A stretch of DNA of 64,000 nucleotides from a virus. Lineage: Duplodnaviria; Caudoviricetes. The stretch spans positions 36,752-100,751 of the IMG/VR virus record IMGVR_UViG_3300029305_004474; one strand, given 5' to 3'. Of this stretch, positions 9,348 through 19,437 are shown one piece after another. Within the stretch, counting starts at the first letter, position 1, and every line of letters starts with the position of its first letter. Position numbers and translations under genes: made by a program. Below the pieces are notes generated by a model. That model saw nothing but the letters and a program-made list of their open reading frames with translations, ran no database searches and had not been told where the DNA came from.

Positions 9348-10460
9348 TTAAATTGTCCCATTCCTGTTTTTAATTAATTCTGGGATTGGGTTTTCTGAAT
9401 GTGATTCAATACCAATCGGTGTATCAGAATACTCGACTTCTTGATATATTTCTTCGGTTTCTGGTTCTAGCATTCTGGTTAATGCTACAGAAGCCTCGTT
9501 ATCCAAAGGACCAGTGATATATTCTTCGTCCTCATCCTCTTCATCCTCATAAAGACCTTCAATCTGTGAGGATAAATTCAGACAAATTTTTTCTAATCTA
9601 TCTAAACGAAAATCCATGTTATTAGGTATAGAAATAGGATTGTTATATCCATTTGCTGTCTCTTTTGTCATAACAGGATGATTTGGTTGCTGGTTAGTTT
9701 GCATGGACAATATAGCACCAAGAGCAGATAAAACTTTTTCCATTTTATCATTCTGCTCTTCCATTAATGCTGCCATTTGATTTTCGTCGTCGTCCTCTTC
9801 GTCCTCTTCGTCATCGTCATCTTCTAATCTGCGATAATTAACCTTGGATGAGCCACGTTTACGACTATTAATAATTCTTTCAATATCATAATCCTCCTCT
9901 TCGTCCTCTTCGTCATCGTCATAATCATCATAAATATCAGACAAATAACTTTCGTAAGTATTCCCGGAGTATTTTTTATTGAAATCTATCAACAATGAAT
10001 ACTTTTTCTTCGGTTTAGAACTATTAGAACCTTTGTCAATCCCAAGAATTGAACGAAAACGCTTTATCGTTTTCTTATATATCTTATAAAGCTTTTCATA
10101 TCTATTCTTGGTACCTTTACATTTTTTTCCCTTCTTCGTAAGACGTTTAATCTTACGTTTTAACGACTGAATCTCTTTATCTAATTCAATTAGTGATGCT
10201 AATGCACCTAACTGGGATTCAGTATTAACGATATTTAAAATATCCATTAAATGAGCCCCATTGAATATGAGTCTAAGCTCTACATCATTTTTTATATTAC
10301 ATAACCTAGTGAAAAATTTTCTTTGACCTGTAATGTCTTTCATTACCCGGTCAAGAGCTTTTGCATTAATTGGTTGACCTGTATTATCACAGGCTAGTGC
10401 TACAAACGTTTCAGCAACTCTGCGATAATTCTTTTTATCAACTCTAATACGTTTTTCCAT
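9348..10460 (-). CDS. Hypothetical protein, basic N-half and D/E-rich disordered C-half (370 aa)
   Basis: AAAGGAG RBS; long ORF. Confidence 0.8.
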   Translation of the reverse strand: MEKRIRVDKKNYRRVAETFVALACDNTGQPINAKALDRVMKDITGQRKFFTRLCNIKNDVELRLIFNGAHLMDILNIVNTESQLGALASLIELDKEIQSLKRKIKRLTKKGKKCKGTKNRYEKLYKIYKKTIKRFRSILGIDKGSNSSKPKKKYSLLIDFNKKYSGNTYESYLSDIYDDYDDDEEDEEEDYDIERIINSRKRGSSKVNYRRLEDDDDEEDEEDDDENQMAALMEEQNDKMEKVLSALGAILSMQTNQQPNHPVMTKETANGYNNPISIPNNMDFRLDRLEKICLNLSSQIEGLYEDEEDEDEEYITGPLDNEASVALTRMLEPETEEIYQEVEYSDTPIGIESHSENPIPELIKNRNGTI

Positions 10461-10475
10461 ATTATTTCTCCTTTT

Positions 10476-11003
10476 CTAATAATCAGAATCTTCCTCTTCA
10501 TCGAAATCGTATTCACTAAATTCCAATTCTTCATCTTCTGATTCTGGAAGTTTTATGTTTTCTTCTACCGCATCGGATATGATGCCCATTAATGATGACG
10601 CACTACTAGAGATATCCTGACCAGCAATTAAATTAGCTGGTGGTATTGTTATATCTAACAATTCATCTACTGCAGAATGTACTGCAGTCGCTAATACTAC
10701 GTCATGAAAATCTTCAGCATACGCTAAAGAAGTATTTTCCAGTTCAGGTTTAATTTCTTTGAAGTCTTCAGCTAATTCTTCTGGAAGATAATCTTTAGCT
10801 GCATCCAACATTTTAGATATACTTTTTCGATCAAAATAGTCTGCTGTACCGTCACCGAATACTTCATTTAATGTTTGCTTGTATTCTCGACGGTCTGCCA
10901 TTGAACTTGGATTAGACAATGCCGCCAAATTATCAACGATTTGTTTTTCATCTTCGGATAAATCTGAAGATGTGATTGTTTGAAGAAATTTTTTAAAGTT
11001 CAT
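10476..11003 (-). CDS. Hypothetical acidic protein (175 aa)
   Basis: AAAGGAG RBS; early-type TATATTAT motif upstream at 11151-11158. Confidence 0.8.
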   Translation of the reverse strand: MNFKKFLQTITSSDLSEDEKQIVDNLAALSNPSSMADRREYKQTLNEVFGDGTADYFDRKSISKMLDAAKDYLPEELAEDFKEIKPELENTSLAYAEDFHDVVLATAVHSAVDELLDITIPPANLIAGQDISSSASSLMGIISDAVEENIKLPESEDEELEFSEYDFDEEEDSDY

Positions 11004-11242
11004 TTTTTGATTCTCCTTTTTGTATTTTTTGTATGAAAAAGTTTTATAGTTACAATGTAATTATTTTTAATAACCACATTGCAATTTTTGATTTATAGTT
11101 ACAATAATGAAACGTATCAAATACGTCTCACCCTATACACATTCAAGTTTATAATATATACTTAAAACGCTATTCGAAAGTTAATAAATGTGTATTTATA
11201 GGTATTATATTTAATATAATAAGCATTTACTATCAGTAAAAA

Positions 11243-11254
11243 AACACCGTTGTA
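11243..11254 (+). promoter_or_regulatory. Late-type promoter AACA-N6-TA of the RNAP beta gene
   Basis: AACA ccgttg TA, 20 nt upstream of the ATG. Confidence 0.7.
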
Positions 11255-11274
11255 AATATACTGAAAGGAAGGGT

Positions 11275-14200
11275 ATGACTATGCTTTTTAAAAGTTTAGT
11301 ACCACTCACCTTATATCAAGGACAGAAGGATTGTCCTACTCCTAAAGGTGAACCAATAGGAAAAGGTGAGATGATTTGTTTATTGAGTCCTAATACAAAT
11401 GCTACTATAAACCTCCTTACTAGTGGTTTTTTAGACTACGGCGAAGGTTTATTTAAGAAGCTATATATGGACTATGCATATTATGAAACGATTGGAACTG
11501 TTCCAGTCAGAGAAAGGTTAGATACTGATGAAATTAAAAAGATAAATGAAACCAAATTCCCTAATGAAATGGATCTTATCCCTAAAGGCGGTTTGAATAC
11601 TATCCTTAAAAGTGAAAGAAATTTTATTTTTGATTTTGGAAAATGGAACGAGATTTATTTTACTTATAGAAGAAAGACTACCCCTCTTAAGATGAGTAAT
11701 GATTATATTTCATTCATATATAAGAAGATATCTTCTGATTTATATGATAAATATCACAAGACTATCTTTATTGACGTAGCTGCGTGGAATAAACAAATAG
11801 GAGCAAAGATGGCATTATCTACTAGCAATATTAATAATCCTATTGCTATTCTATTATTTCTTTTATACAAGAATCCAGATGCTCTTACATTCATTCGAAG
11901 ATTTGATTTTATGATTTTTAATTCGTCCAATGGTACTATGACATATATTCCTGGTAATTACTTAACCAGCGAAAATTTCTCTAAAATAAAAAGTAGATTA
12001 TCTTCTATTTGTGGAACTGAACTAGAACCTGAGAATATTGAAGATTTGGATGCTGAAGCTGAAAGAGTTGCTCTTAGTATAAGCGGAGATATGTCAGCAG
12101 ATAAAAAAAGGGAAATGCGTGTTCGAAAGAAACTTAGAGAAAGAATCTCTAAGAATTTTGAAGATTACGTTCCTGAGAATGAGCTTATCAATATTGAAGA
12201 TGATGACATGTACAGATCTGAATATGAAGAAGATGAAGAAACTGGGGATGAAGATAATTTAGAGAAACAGTTTGTGCTTAAACAGAGTAAAGATTTTGAG
12301 GACGATAAAGCAGATGAAAAATCTATTGAAGATCAAATTGAAGATGAAATTGATAAATTGATTGCAGAAAAAGGTTTAGACGAAGCCGAATTAATTGCTA
12401 ATGATGAAAGCGATATTCAAGTTAATCAAATGGCTAGATCTGCCGCTAAAGTTATTTATAAAAACACATTTATTCCAGAATATACTAAAGTTCAATTAAA
12501 TAGAATCGATAGGTTAACTGAAAAGCAGAATAGTATTATTAGACCTAGAAATGCCAAAGAGAAATTAGAAGCTCTTAAAATTGACGAAACCTCATTAGAA
12601 GGTGCAGTTGATATTCCTACTAAAGAATATTTACATCCTAAATTCTCAAATTTTGATAAGTCGTATAACAATAAGAAACTTGAAAGAGATCTTGATGAAT
12701 CTGTAGCAATATTATCAACTGCTAGAAAGAAGATATTTGTAACAGATTTAAAGGTTGAAGATACATCAGATCAGATGACTCTTAAAGAAACTAGAACTTA
12801 CCATTTAGAAGATGAAGATGGTAAAAAGATGAGTATAAAAATAGATGTGCCTAAAGTTTTTGATAATCATTATGTATATATTGGAGGTAACAAAAAGATT
12901 TTAGGTCATCAGATTATCATTCTTCCTATTATAAAAAATAAGTCAGATGAAGTAAAAATTAATACTTTTTATAATAAATCTATTCTTAAAAGAAAAGGTA
13001 GGGAGGATGCTAGTGCTTCTCCATTATTAAAATATCTTATGAAAAATCAAAAGAAGTTTGATGTTAAATTGGGTAATGGCGAAAGAACTAATGAAAACTA
13101 TTTAGTTCCATTAGAATTTTCCTTAATTGGGAAGAGAATATACACATTTAATATTGGAGATTATAAGGTAAATACTTCAGTAGATATGCTATGTGAAGAA
13201 ATGAGACAAAGTGGAATTAGTTTTAAGAAACCTACAAAAACTGTATATCCTATAGCATATAATACGGCAAAGAAAGAAATTGTTTATTTCGATGCAGAAA
13301 AAGATTCTTATGCAGAAAAGTTATTAGGATTATTAGGAGAAGATATTGAAAAAGAGATTAGAAGAATGGGTATTTCTACTAGACAATTCTATGCTACATG
13401 TGAAATTATGCAAGAGACCATACCTTTAGCCCTTTTAATTCTTCATGCAGTCGGATTGACTGAGATGCTTAAGAAAGCAAATATCAAATATGAATGGATT
13501 CCTAGAGACGATGAAGCTAAAAAGAAGCTAAAAGAATATCATCCACATGATTATGGTAGAACTGAATTAGCCGATGGTACTATTGTATGGTCGAGAAAAC
13601 CAGACGAGGCTGCATTTCTCATGAATGGTATTAATAAAATCAATTTTGATGCATTCACACGAGAAGAAATGGATGATAAAGATACATTTATTTTTACCCT
13701 CAATAAGTACTATGCACATTCTAATATGTCATATAATATTGATCAGTTTACTGATTTTATGGTAGATCCGGTAAGCAAAGAAATATTAGAGCATTATGGC
13801 TATCCTACAAACTATATTGACTTATTAATATTAGGAAACAAGATGCTTACTAAAGTAGATTATATTCCAGAAACTGATATTCGAAATCAGAGAATTCGTA
13901 GTAATGATATTATTGCTCAATATACCTATAAAGCTATAGCAAATGCGTATAATGATTATCGTAAGACCGCTAATAATGTACATCCTAAACCTATTAGTGT
14001 CAAACAAGATATAGTTATGCAAAAAATATCTACCAATAGCACTACTGAAGAAGCATCAATTATTAACCCATATTTCGAAATAGATAGAATATTCGGTGCT
14101 ACATTTCACGGTGAAAACGGTATTAATGAAGCTAGAGCATTTAGTGTTGGTAAACGTGCGTTTACTGAGTCTATGTTAGGCATAATTGCACCTGTTACCG

Positions 14201-15600
14201 ATAACGCTGGTAATGTAGGTATTAACAGATATCTTACACTCGAACCTAATCTTGTAAATACAAGAGGTATTATCGATATTAAGACGAAGAAAGATTTGGA
14301 TGATATGAGTGCTACTCAGTTATTATCTCCTAGTGAATTACTTACTCCTATGGGTGTTGAACATGATGATCCTGCACGTATGGCGATGGCTGTAAAACAG
14401 TCAAGAGTAATGATACCAGTAGATGCATCTGAACCAGGTATGATTTCTAACTGTATGGACAAAACTCTTCCTTATTATCTTTCTAAAGAATTTACCGTGG
14501 TTGCAGAAGATGATGGTGAGGTAGTTGATGTTAAAGGAAATCTTATCGTAGTCAAATATAATAATGGAAGATATCAGACTATTGATACATCACCTCAAAT
14601 GAAGCATAATAGTGATGCAGGTTTTTATATTGAAACTCAAATGCAGTGTGATAAGAAAAAGGGAGATAAAGTAAAGAAGAATGAAATTATAGGTTATGAC
14701 AAAACTGCATTTAGTAAGAATAATAATGATTTGGGTGCTACTATGACTAGAGGTCCTGTTGCCAAAATGGCTATTGTTCCTAGATGGGATTGTTATGAAG
14801 ACTCTGTACCTATCAGCGAAGGTTTATCCGAAAAGATGGCTTCCACTATGGTAATGGAAGAAACCGCTTCAATCAAACCTAGTATGCCTATTCATTACAT
14901 AGTTAAAGTAGGAGACACTGTTAAAACAGGTGAACCTCTCATAACATTTGATCAATATTCACAAGATGAAGAAGTACAAGCATTTATGAATATTATTAGA
15001 GATAAACTTAGAAGCGATGGTGATGCATTTATTGAAAATTCATCTACAAGTGTAAAGGCTCATTATACAGGTGAAATAGCAGATATAAAAATATTCTCTA
15101 CTGTTCCTTTGGAAGACATGTGTCCTGAGACTAGAGCAGTTGTGGAAGCTTATTATAAGCAAATTGATGATAAGATTAAAGTTCTTAAGAAATATCAGAA
15201 TCCAGGAGATAATGACTATTATACAAGTGGTCAGAGAGTATCTGAATTTCCAGAACCAGTTAAAGCAAATTCAACTGGATTTATTAAAGGTGAAAGGGTT
15301 GGAGATGAAGGTATTGTATTCTGTTTCTATATAAAGTTTAAAGATTATATTAAGAAAGGTGATAAGGTAACAGCAGAGTTTGCACTTAAGGGCATTAATT
15401 CTCAAGTATTTCCAGAGGGAATGGAACCTTATAGCGAATTTAGACCGGATGAACCAATAGAATTTGTGCTGGCTCCACATTCTCCGCTGGCTCGAAAAAC
15501 AAGTGGTGTATTCAAAACTATGTTTGTAAATAAATTGCTTATTGAAAAGAAGAGACAACTTATGGAGTATTGGAATAGCGTAAAAGATCAGTTGAAATAA
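11275..15600 (+). CDS. Phage multisubunit RNA polymerase beta subunit, N-terminal/central part (1441 aa; phiKZ gp178-like, probably virion RNAP)
   Basis: RpoB-like motifs YIGGNKKILGHQ, TDNAGNVGINRYL, VEHDDPARMAMAVKQSRVMIP, CYEDS, KGDKVTAEFALKGINSQVFP, VLAPHSPLARK. Ends before the beta C-terminal region (split subunit); long phage-specific N-extension. Confidence 0.93.
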   Translation: MTMLFKSLVPLTLYQGQKDCPTPKGEPIGKGEMICLLSPNTNATINLLTSGFLDYGEGLFKKLYMDYAYYETIGTVPVRERLDTDEIKKINETKFPNEMDLIPKGGLNTILKSERNFIFDFGKWNEIYFTYRRKTTPLKMSNDYISFIYKKISSDLYDKYHKTIFIDVAAWNKQIGAKMALSTSNINNPIAILLFLLYKNPDALTFIRRFDFMIFNSSNGTMTYIPGNYLTSENFSKIKSRLSSICGTELEPENIEDLDAEAERVALSISGDMSADKKREMRVRKKLRERISKNFEDYVPENELINIEDDDMYRSEYEEDEETGDEDNLEKQFVLKQSKDFEDDKADEKSIEDQIEDEIDKLIAEKGLDEAELIANDESDIQVNQMARSAAKVIYKNTFIPEYTKVQLNRIDRLTEKQNSIIRPRNAKEKLEALKIDETSLEGAVDIPTKEYLHPKFSNFDKSYNNKKLERDLDESVAILSTARKKIFVTDLKVEDTSDQMTLKETRTYHLEDEDGKKMSIKIDVPKVFDNHYVYIGGNKKILGHQIIILPIIKNKSDEVKINTFYNKSILKRKGREDASASPLLKYLMKNQKKFDVKLGNGERTNENYLVPLEFSLIGKRIYTFNIGDYKVNTSVDMLCEEMRQSGISFKKPTKTVYPIAYNTAKKEIVYFDAEKDSYAEKLLGLLGEDIEKEIRRMGISTRQFYATCEIMQETIPLALLILHAVGLTEMLKKANIKYEWIPRDDEAKKKLKEYHPHDYGRTELADGTIVWSRKPDEAAFLMNGINKINFDAFTREEMDDKDTFIFTLNKYYAHSNMSYNIDQFTDFMVDPVSKEILEHYGYPTNYIDLLILGNKMLTKVDYIPETDIRNQRIRSNDIIAQYTYKAIANAYNDYRKTANNVHPKPISVKQDIVMQKISTNSTTEEASIINPYFEIDRIFGATFHGENGINEARAFSVGKRAFTESMLGIIAPVTDNAGNVGINRYLTLEPNLVNTRGIIDIKTKKDLDDMSATQLLSPSELLTPMGVEHDDPARMAMAVKQSRVMIPVDASEPGMISNCMDKTLPYYLSKEFTVVAEDDGEVVDVKGNLIVVKYNNGRYQTIDTSPQMKHNSDAGFYIETQMQCDKKKGDKVKKNEIIGYDKTAFSKNNNDLGATMTRGPVAKMAIVPRWDCYEDSVPISEGLSEKMASTMVMEETASIKPSMPIHYIVKVGDTVKTGEPLITFDQYSQDEEVQAFMNIIRDKLRSDGDAFIENSSTSVKAHYTGEIADIKIFSTVPLEDMCPETRAVVEAYYKQIDDKIKVLKKYQNPGDNDYYTSGQRVSEFPEPVKANSTGFIKGERVGDEGIVFCFYIKFKDYIKKGDKVTAEFALKGINSQVFPEGMEPYSEFRPDEPIEFVLAPHSPLARKTSGVFKTMFVNKLLIEKKRQLMEYWNSVKDQLK

Positions 15601-15605
15601 AGCCA

Positions 15606-15645
15606 TAAAATAGGCTATGGATTTTAAATCCATAGCCTATTTTAT
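15606..15645 (+). terminator. Intrinsic terminator after RNAP beta
   Basis: AAAATAGGCTATGGATT tta AATCCATAGCCTATTTT. Confidence 0.8.
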
Positions 15646-15776
15646 ATATAGAATTAACATATTTCACATTATAACAGCAAAAGAAATATATATACATATA
15701 CAAATAAGATGAAGGTCATAAAAGAACCCATATAATCGTTTCGGTGTAAGTAATAAAAATTTTATAAGGAGTTCGT

Positions 15777-15836
15777 ATGAGCTATGAAAAAATTAACAAA
15801 AAATATGCAATTTGGCAAGTACAAAAATCATGGTGA
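15777..15836 (+). CDS. Possible 19-aa peptide MSYEKINKKYAIWQVQKSW
   Basis: AAGGAG about 5 nt upstream of the ATG; too short to support further. Confidence 0.25.
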   Translation: MSYEKINKKYAIWQVQKSW

Positions 15837-15977
15837 AATATGTTAATTTCCAAAGTAATTATTAACTATGTTATTTAAAAATCTTTCATCAATAATTACA
15901 CTTATATATTATTTTCATATAAAAAGCTTAAAGCTGATACATTAAATCAAATAATATTTATAAGAAAGGAGAAAATA

Positions 15978-16628
15978 ATGAATAAAAGCGATTTTAAATC
16001 AAATTTATCTTTAGAATTATCTAATGATGAAAAAGAAATAGTGGATTCAATGAATTATATCTCAAGTTTATATAATGAAAGCAAAGAGCCAGTAAAAATA
16101 ATCGATCGTAGTTTTGGAAAAAATGTTGCTTATTGTGCATTTTATAAGAATATCTTATATGCAATTTCCGAGTATAAGGAAAGAGTTGTACATTATATGG
16201 AAGAAAATCGGTATTGCTTAAATTATGAAATTAGAATTTATGATTTAGATCATATTGCATTAATTGGTAATCCTGAATTATTTCTTTATAAATTTAATGG
16301 GGTTTATATAACCGAAAGAGATATTATAATGATAGAAATGAATCTCACTCCAATCGCTGACGAAATTGATGATACATATGATAAATTGTATTCATTAGTT
16401 AAAAAAATTGGTCAAAGTGGGAAAAAGAAAAAAACAATATCAAAATTAATTGATGCATTGAATGCGTTAACAACACTAAAACTGGATTCTAAGTTTATGG
16501 AAGAATTAGAAGAAATAAATGGATTGGATAATAGTATCATTTATTGTCCGATAGATAAATATAATAACTATCTTAAAGAATATGAAGAATATTTCAATGC
16601 TTATAATAGATGGTTTTATAAGGATTAA
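15978..16628 (+). CDS. Hypothetical protein (216 aa)
   Basis: AAAGGAG RBS; TATATTAT at 15905-15912. Confidence 0.8.
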   Translation: MNKSDFKSNLSLELSNDEKEIVDSMNYISSLYNESKEPVKIIDRSFGKNVAYCAFYKNILYAISEYKERVVHYMEENRYCLNYEIRIYDLDHIALIGNPELFLYKFNGVYITERDIIMIEMNLTPIADEIDDTYDKLYSLVKKIGQSGKKKKTISKLIDALNALTTLKLDSKFMEELEEINGLDNSIIYCPIDKYNNYLKEYEEYFNAYNRWFYKD

Positions 16629-16663
16629 TAAAGGTGGAAAGGTTCTAACCTTCCACCTTTATT
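16627..16663. terminator. Bidirectional terminator between convergent genes
   Basis: AATAAAGGTGGAA...TTCCACCTTTATT. Confidence 0.7.
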
Positions 16664-17142
16664 TGTGGTTTATATACTTTTATAATTTCTAAAAGATGCC
16701 TTCCTAATATAGGCATTTGTTCGGGTGCTCTCCAGAAATTTGGAGCTTTTGTATTAGTACTCAGTTTTAGCGTATTCAAAATGCTCATGAAAGTATTAGC
16801 TTCTAGTGGAACCATTGCAAGAAAAGTGTCTTCAAAAAATTCTTTTACTTTATCTTGTAATAAGCAATAATAAAATCCTTGAATAGAATGTCTATCCCCG
16901 AGTACTGGCAACATATATAATACAAATGGCATGTTCATTGTATTTGTAGTTTCAAATAACATGAAATAGTCATACTGATCTTCCATATTCCAGTTAAGAT
17001 ATGCTCCTAAAAATTTAAGATTTGGGAATTTCTTAGGCATATCAGTAACTATAGTCTTGAATAATTTCTTTCGAAGTTCAGGTTCTATTTTTTGATAATA
17101 ATATGCCAACGGTACATCAAACTTCTTATTGACTTCTAGCAT
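16645..17142 (-). CDS. Hypothetical protein (165 aa)
   Basis: AGGAGGT RBS; AACT-N6-TA at 17170-17181. Confidence 0.8.
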   Translation of the reverse strand: MLEVNKKFDVPLAYYYQKIEPELRKKLFKTIVTDMPKKFPNLKFLGAYLNWNMEDQYDYFMLFETTNTMNMPFVLYMLPVLGDRHSIQGFYYCLLQDKVKEFFEDTFLAMVPLEANTFMSILNTLKLSTNTKAPNFWRAPEQMPILGRHLLEIIKVYKPQIKVEG

Positions 17143-17225
17143 TTGTGTATACCTCCTATGCTTTTTAATTAATAAGAAGTTATAGATGAGTAGTTAAAAT
17201 AAACCTTTGACAAAGGAGATTTCTT

Positions 17226-18332
17226 ATGAAAAAATCTAAGAAGAAAAAAGATTCGAATATTATGACATTTATGAAAGATCATAATATTCAAGTTATCCCA
17301 GAAAATAAAATCCCTAATGCAAAAGATATAAAATTTATATTAGTGCCTATGATAGGTTTTGATACAGTAGGATATTTTCATATAAAAAATAAAGAAATTA
17401 TGAGTTTTAAAAGAGCTACTGTCTCCTATCAATTTTCAATTGAGTACTATACCGATGGTATTGGTAATGAATATACAGTAACCATGGATGAGTATTCTGA
17501 AGAACTTCGCTCAATTACAAAATTATGTAATATGCTTTATTCATTTGAAAGATATGAAAAAGTGATGATGTTAGAAAATACTTATTTGTTGGATAATGTT
17601 CCAAGTGAAATGGTAATCTATCCAGTATACTTTTATATGAGTTTGTATGATGAAGACGATAATATTATTTATAATATATCTATTAATCCATCTATGAATG
17701 GAGTAGAAAAAAGTTCATTGATTGATGAGATGAAAAGAGATATATTTGGTACGTTTGGGTGTAGATTTAAAGATCCTAGTTATATAGTGATTAGAAACAA
17801 TCTGTGGAAAAAGATTAATAAATCGGAAATAAAAATGTCAGATATAGTAGGAGTATGTTCTTATATGACAAATACTGTAGTGTTTGTAGAAGCAAAAGAG
17901 TTGAACTGCTTATATGATTCAGTATCTTCATTATCTATCGAATTTGCGATATTGGATATGAATGAATATGGTGATTATTTTAAAAATGGAGATTTTCTAG
18001 ATCAGATGTCTATTGATTCGTGTAGTGGTCTCATGGATACAAACATAGAACCATATAAAATGGCATCTATATGGGTAAATGACAATGATAGTATCTTGGG
18101 CATGATAGATAATTTAAAGTCATATGCTTTAATTCTTAATTCATTTATAGAATTACTATACAAATTCTTTAGCGATAGATATAAGAAAATGAATTTGATG
18201 CCATTAGTTATAATTCACAATGAGTTACTCAGTAACTCATTAAGAAATCATTCAGATTTTTTCGTCGGAAATGATATATTGAATATAGAATCATATATTA
18301 GTATGATACATGATTTGCAGGAATATTTATAA
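17226..18332 (+). CDS. Hypothetical protein, tandem paralog family member 1 (368 aa)
   Basis: AAAGGAG RBS; shares motifs with the next two ORFs. Confidence 0.8.
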   Translation: MKKSKKKKDSNIMTFMKDHNIQVIPENKIPNAKDIKFILVPMIGFDTVGYFHIKNKEIMSFKRATVSYQFSIEYYTDGIGNEYTVTMDEYSEELRSITKLCNMLYSFERYEKVMMLENTYLLDNVPSEMVIYPVYFYMSLYDEDDNIIYNISINPSMNGVEKSSLIDEMKRDIFGTFGCRFKDPSYIVIRNNLWKKINKSEIKMSDIVGVCSYMTNTVVFVEAKELNCLYDSVSSLSIEFAILDMNEYGDYFKNGDFLDQMSIDSCSGLMDTNIEPYKMASIWVNDNDSILGMIDNLKSYALILNSFIELLYKFFSDRYKKMNLMPLVIIHNELLSNSLRNHSDFFVGNDILNIESYISMIHDLQEYL

Positions 18333-18349
18333 AACGAAAGGAGAATATT

Positions 18350-19426
18350 ATGAAGAAAGAACGAGATAATGTAATACTTATGTCATACAGTGGCTCAATT
18401 AAATATATGAGATTAGAAGAATTTATGAAACTGACTGATAGGAAGAAATATCAATACATTCTTTTTCCAAATATTGATGATGCCAATTATATCATATGCA
18501 TGAATAGTAAGATTATGGATATGCTTCATGGTTATATACGATATAATATGAGTATTTATTCATATACAGACGAATCTGTTGCAGAAGATGATCCCAGAGA
18601 GTTTAAAGATGAACAAAGAGAACAGATTATAGAGGTTGAAAATTGCTATGATTTTTATAGTGCGTTATACAGTATACTCAAACTAAGATACGCTATATAT
18701 TTATTACATGATACATTTGTAAATTCTGACGAAGATATTAATGGATTTTCTATTGATGATTTATACGCGGAAGTAACATTATCCGATAATTCGGTTATTA
18801 AATATGAATGGAAATACATCGATAAAATCAGTATATTTAGTAATTATGATAAACTATGTAAAGGGATATCTATTGCATTTAACGTTCCTTGGAAAGATTT
18901 TAGATCTACTGAAGATGTATTTAGAATTAAGAACGATGATTGGGATCTCATTCATTATACTAAAATAAAGAAAGATGATTTAATAGGATTTATTAGTCAG
19001 GATACATTGGCAGTTCAATTTATATCTATAGATATGAACTACGCATACTTCTTTGATTCACAAATAGATATCGAAATTTATGGAGCCGAAATAGACGAAA
19101 TAAAAAAAGAGTATCCAGACATTAAGAAATATAAGCATGATGGAGCATATCTTAATCGAATAGATATTGGTAATTTTATGAGGGTTGTGATGTGTTATAT
19201 GATTTCTTTATCAGTTGGCAGATCCCCAATAGAAAAAGCTCAGATTATATCTAACATGATTTATTTATGTAAATATATAGAAGCTTTATCATCTGAATAT
19301 TGTGGTATGCATACTATAGATGAAATGATATGTTTAATACGTATGACATACGATAAATACACAAAGTATGATTGTAAACGAGGTGAAGTGATTTTGAGTA
19401 AGTATAATACAAATATTTTTAGATAG
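18350..19426 (+). CDS. Hypothetical protein, tandem paralog family member 2 (358 aa)
   Basis: AAAGGAG RBS. Confidence 0.8.
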   Translation: MKKERDNVILMSYSGSIKYMRLEEFMKLTDRKKYQYILFPNIDDANYIICMNSKIMDMLHGYIRYNMSIYSYTDESVAEDDPREFKDEQREQIIEVENCYDFYSALYSILKLRYAIYLLHDTFVNSDEDINGFSIDDLYAEVTLSDNSVIKYEWKYIDKISIFSNYDKLCKGISIAFNVPWKDFRSTEDVFRIKNDDWDLIHYTKIKKDDLIGFISQDTLAVQFISIDMNYAYFFDSQIDIEIYGAEIDEIKKEYPDIKKYKHDGAYLNRIDIGNFMRVVMCYMISLSVGRSPIEKAQIISNMIYLCKYIEALSSEYCGMHTIDEMICLIRMTYDKYTKYDCKRGEVILSKYNTNIFR

Positions 19427-19437
19427 GAGGTATTTCG

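Noticed and set aside
13831-15633. ORFs 13831, 15140, 15271 overlapping RNAP beta
   Set aside because: Shadow frames within a well-supported gene
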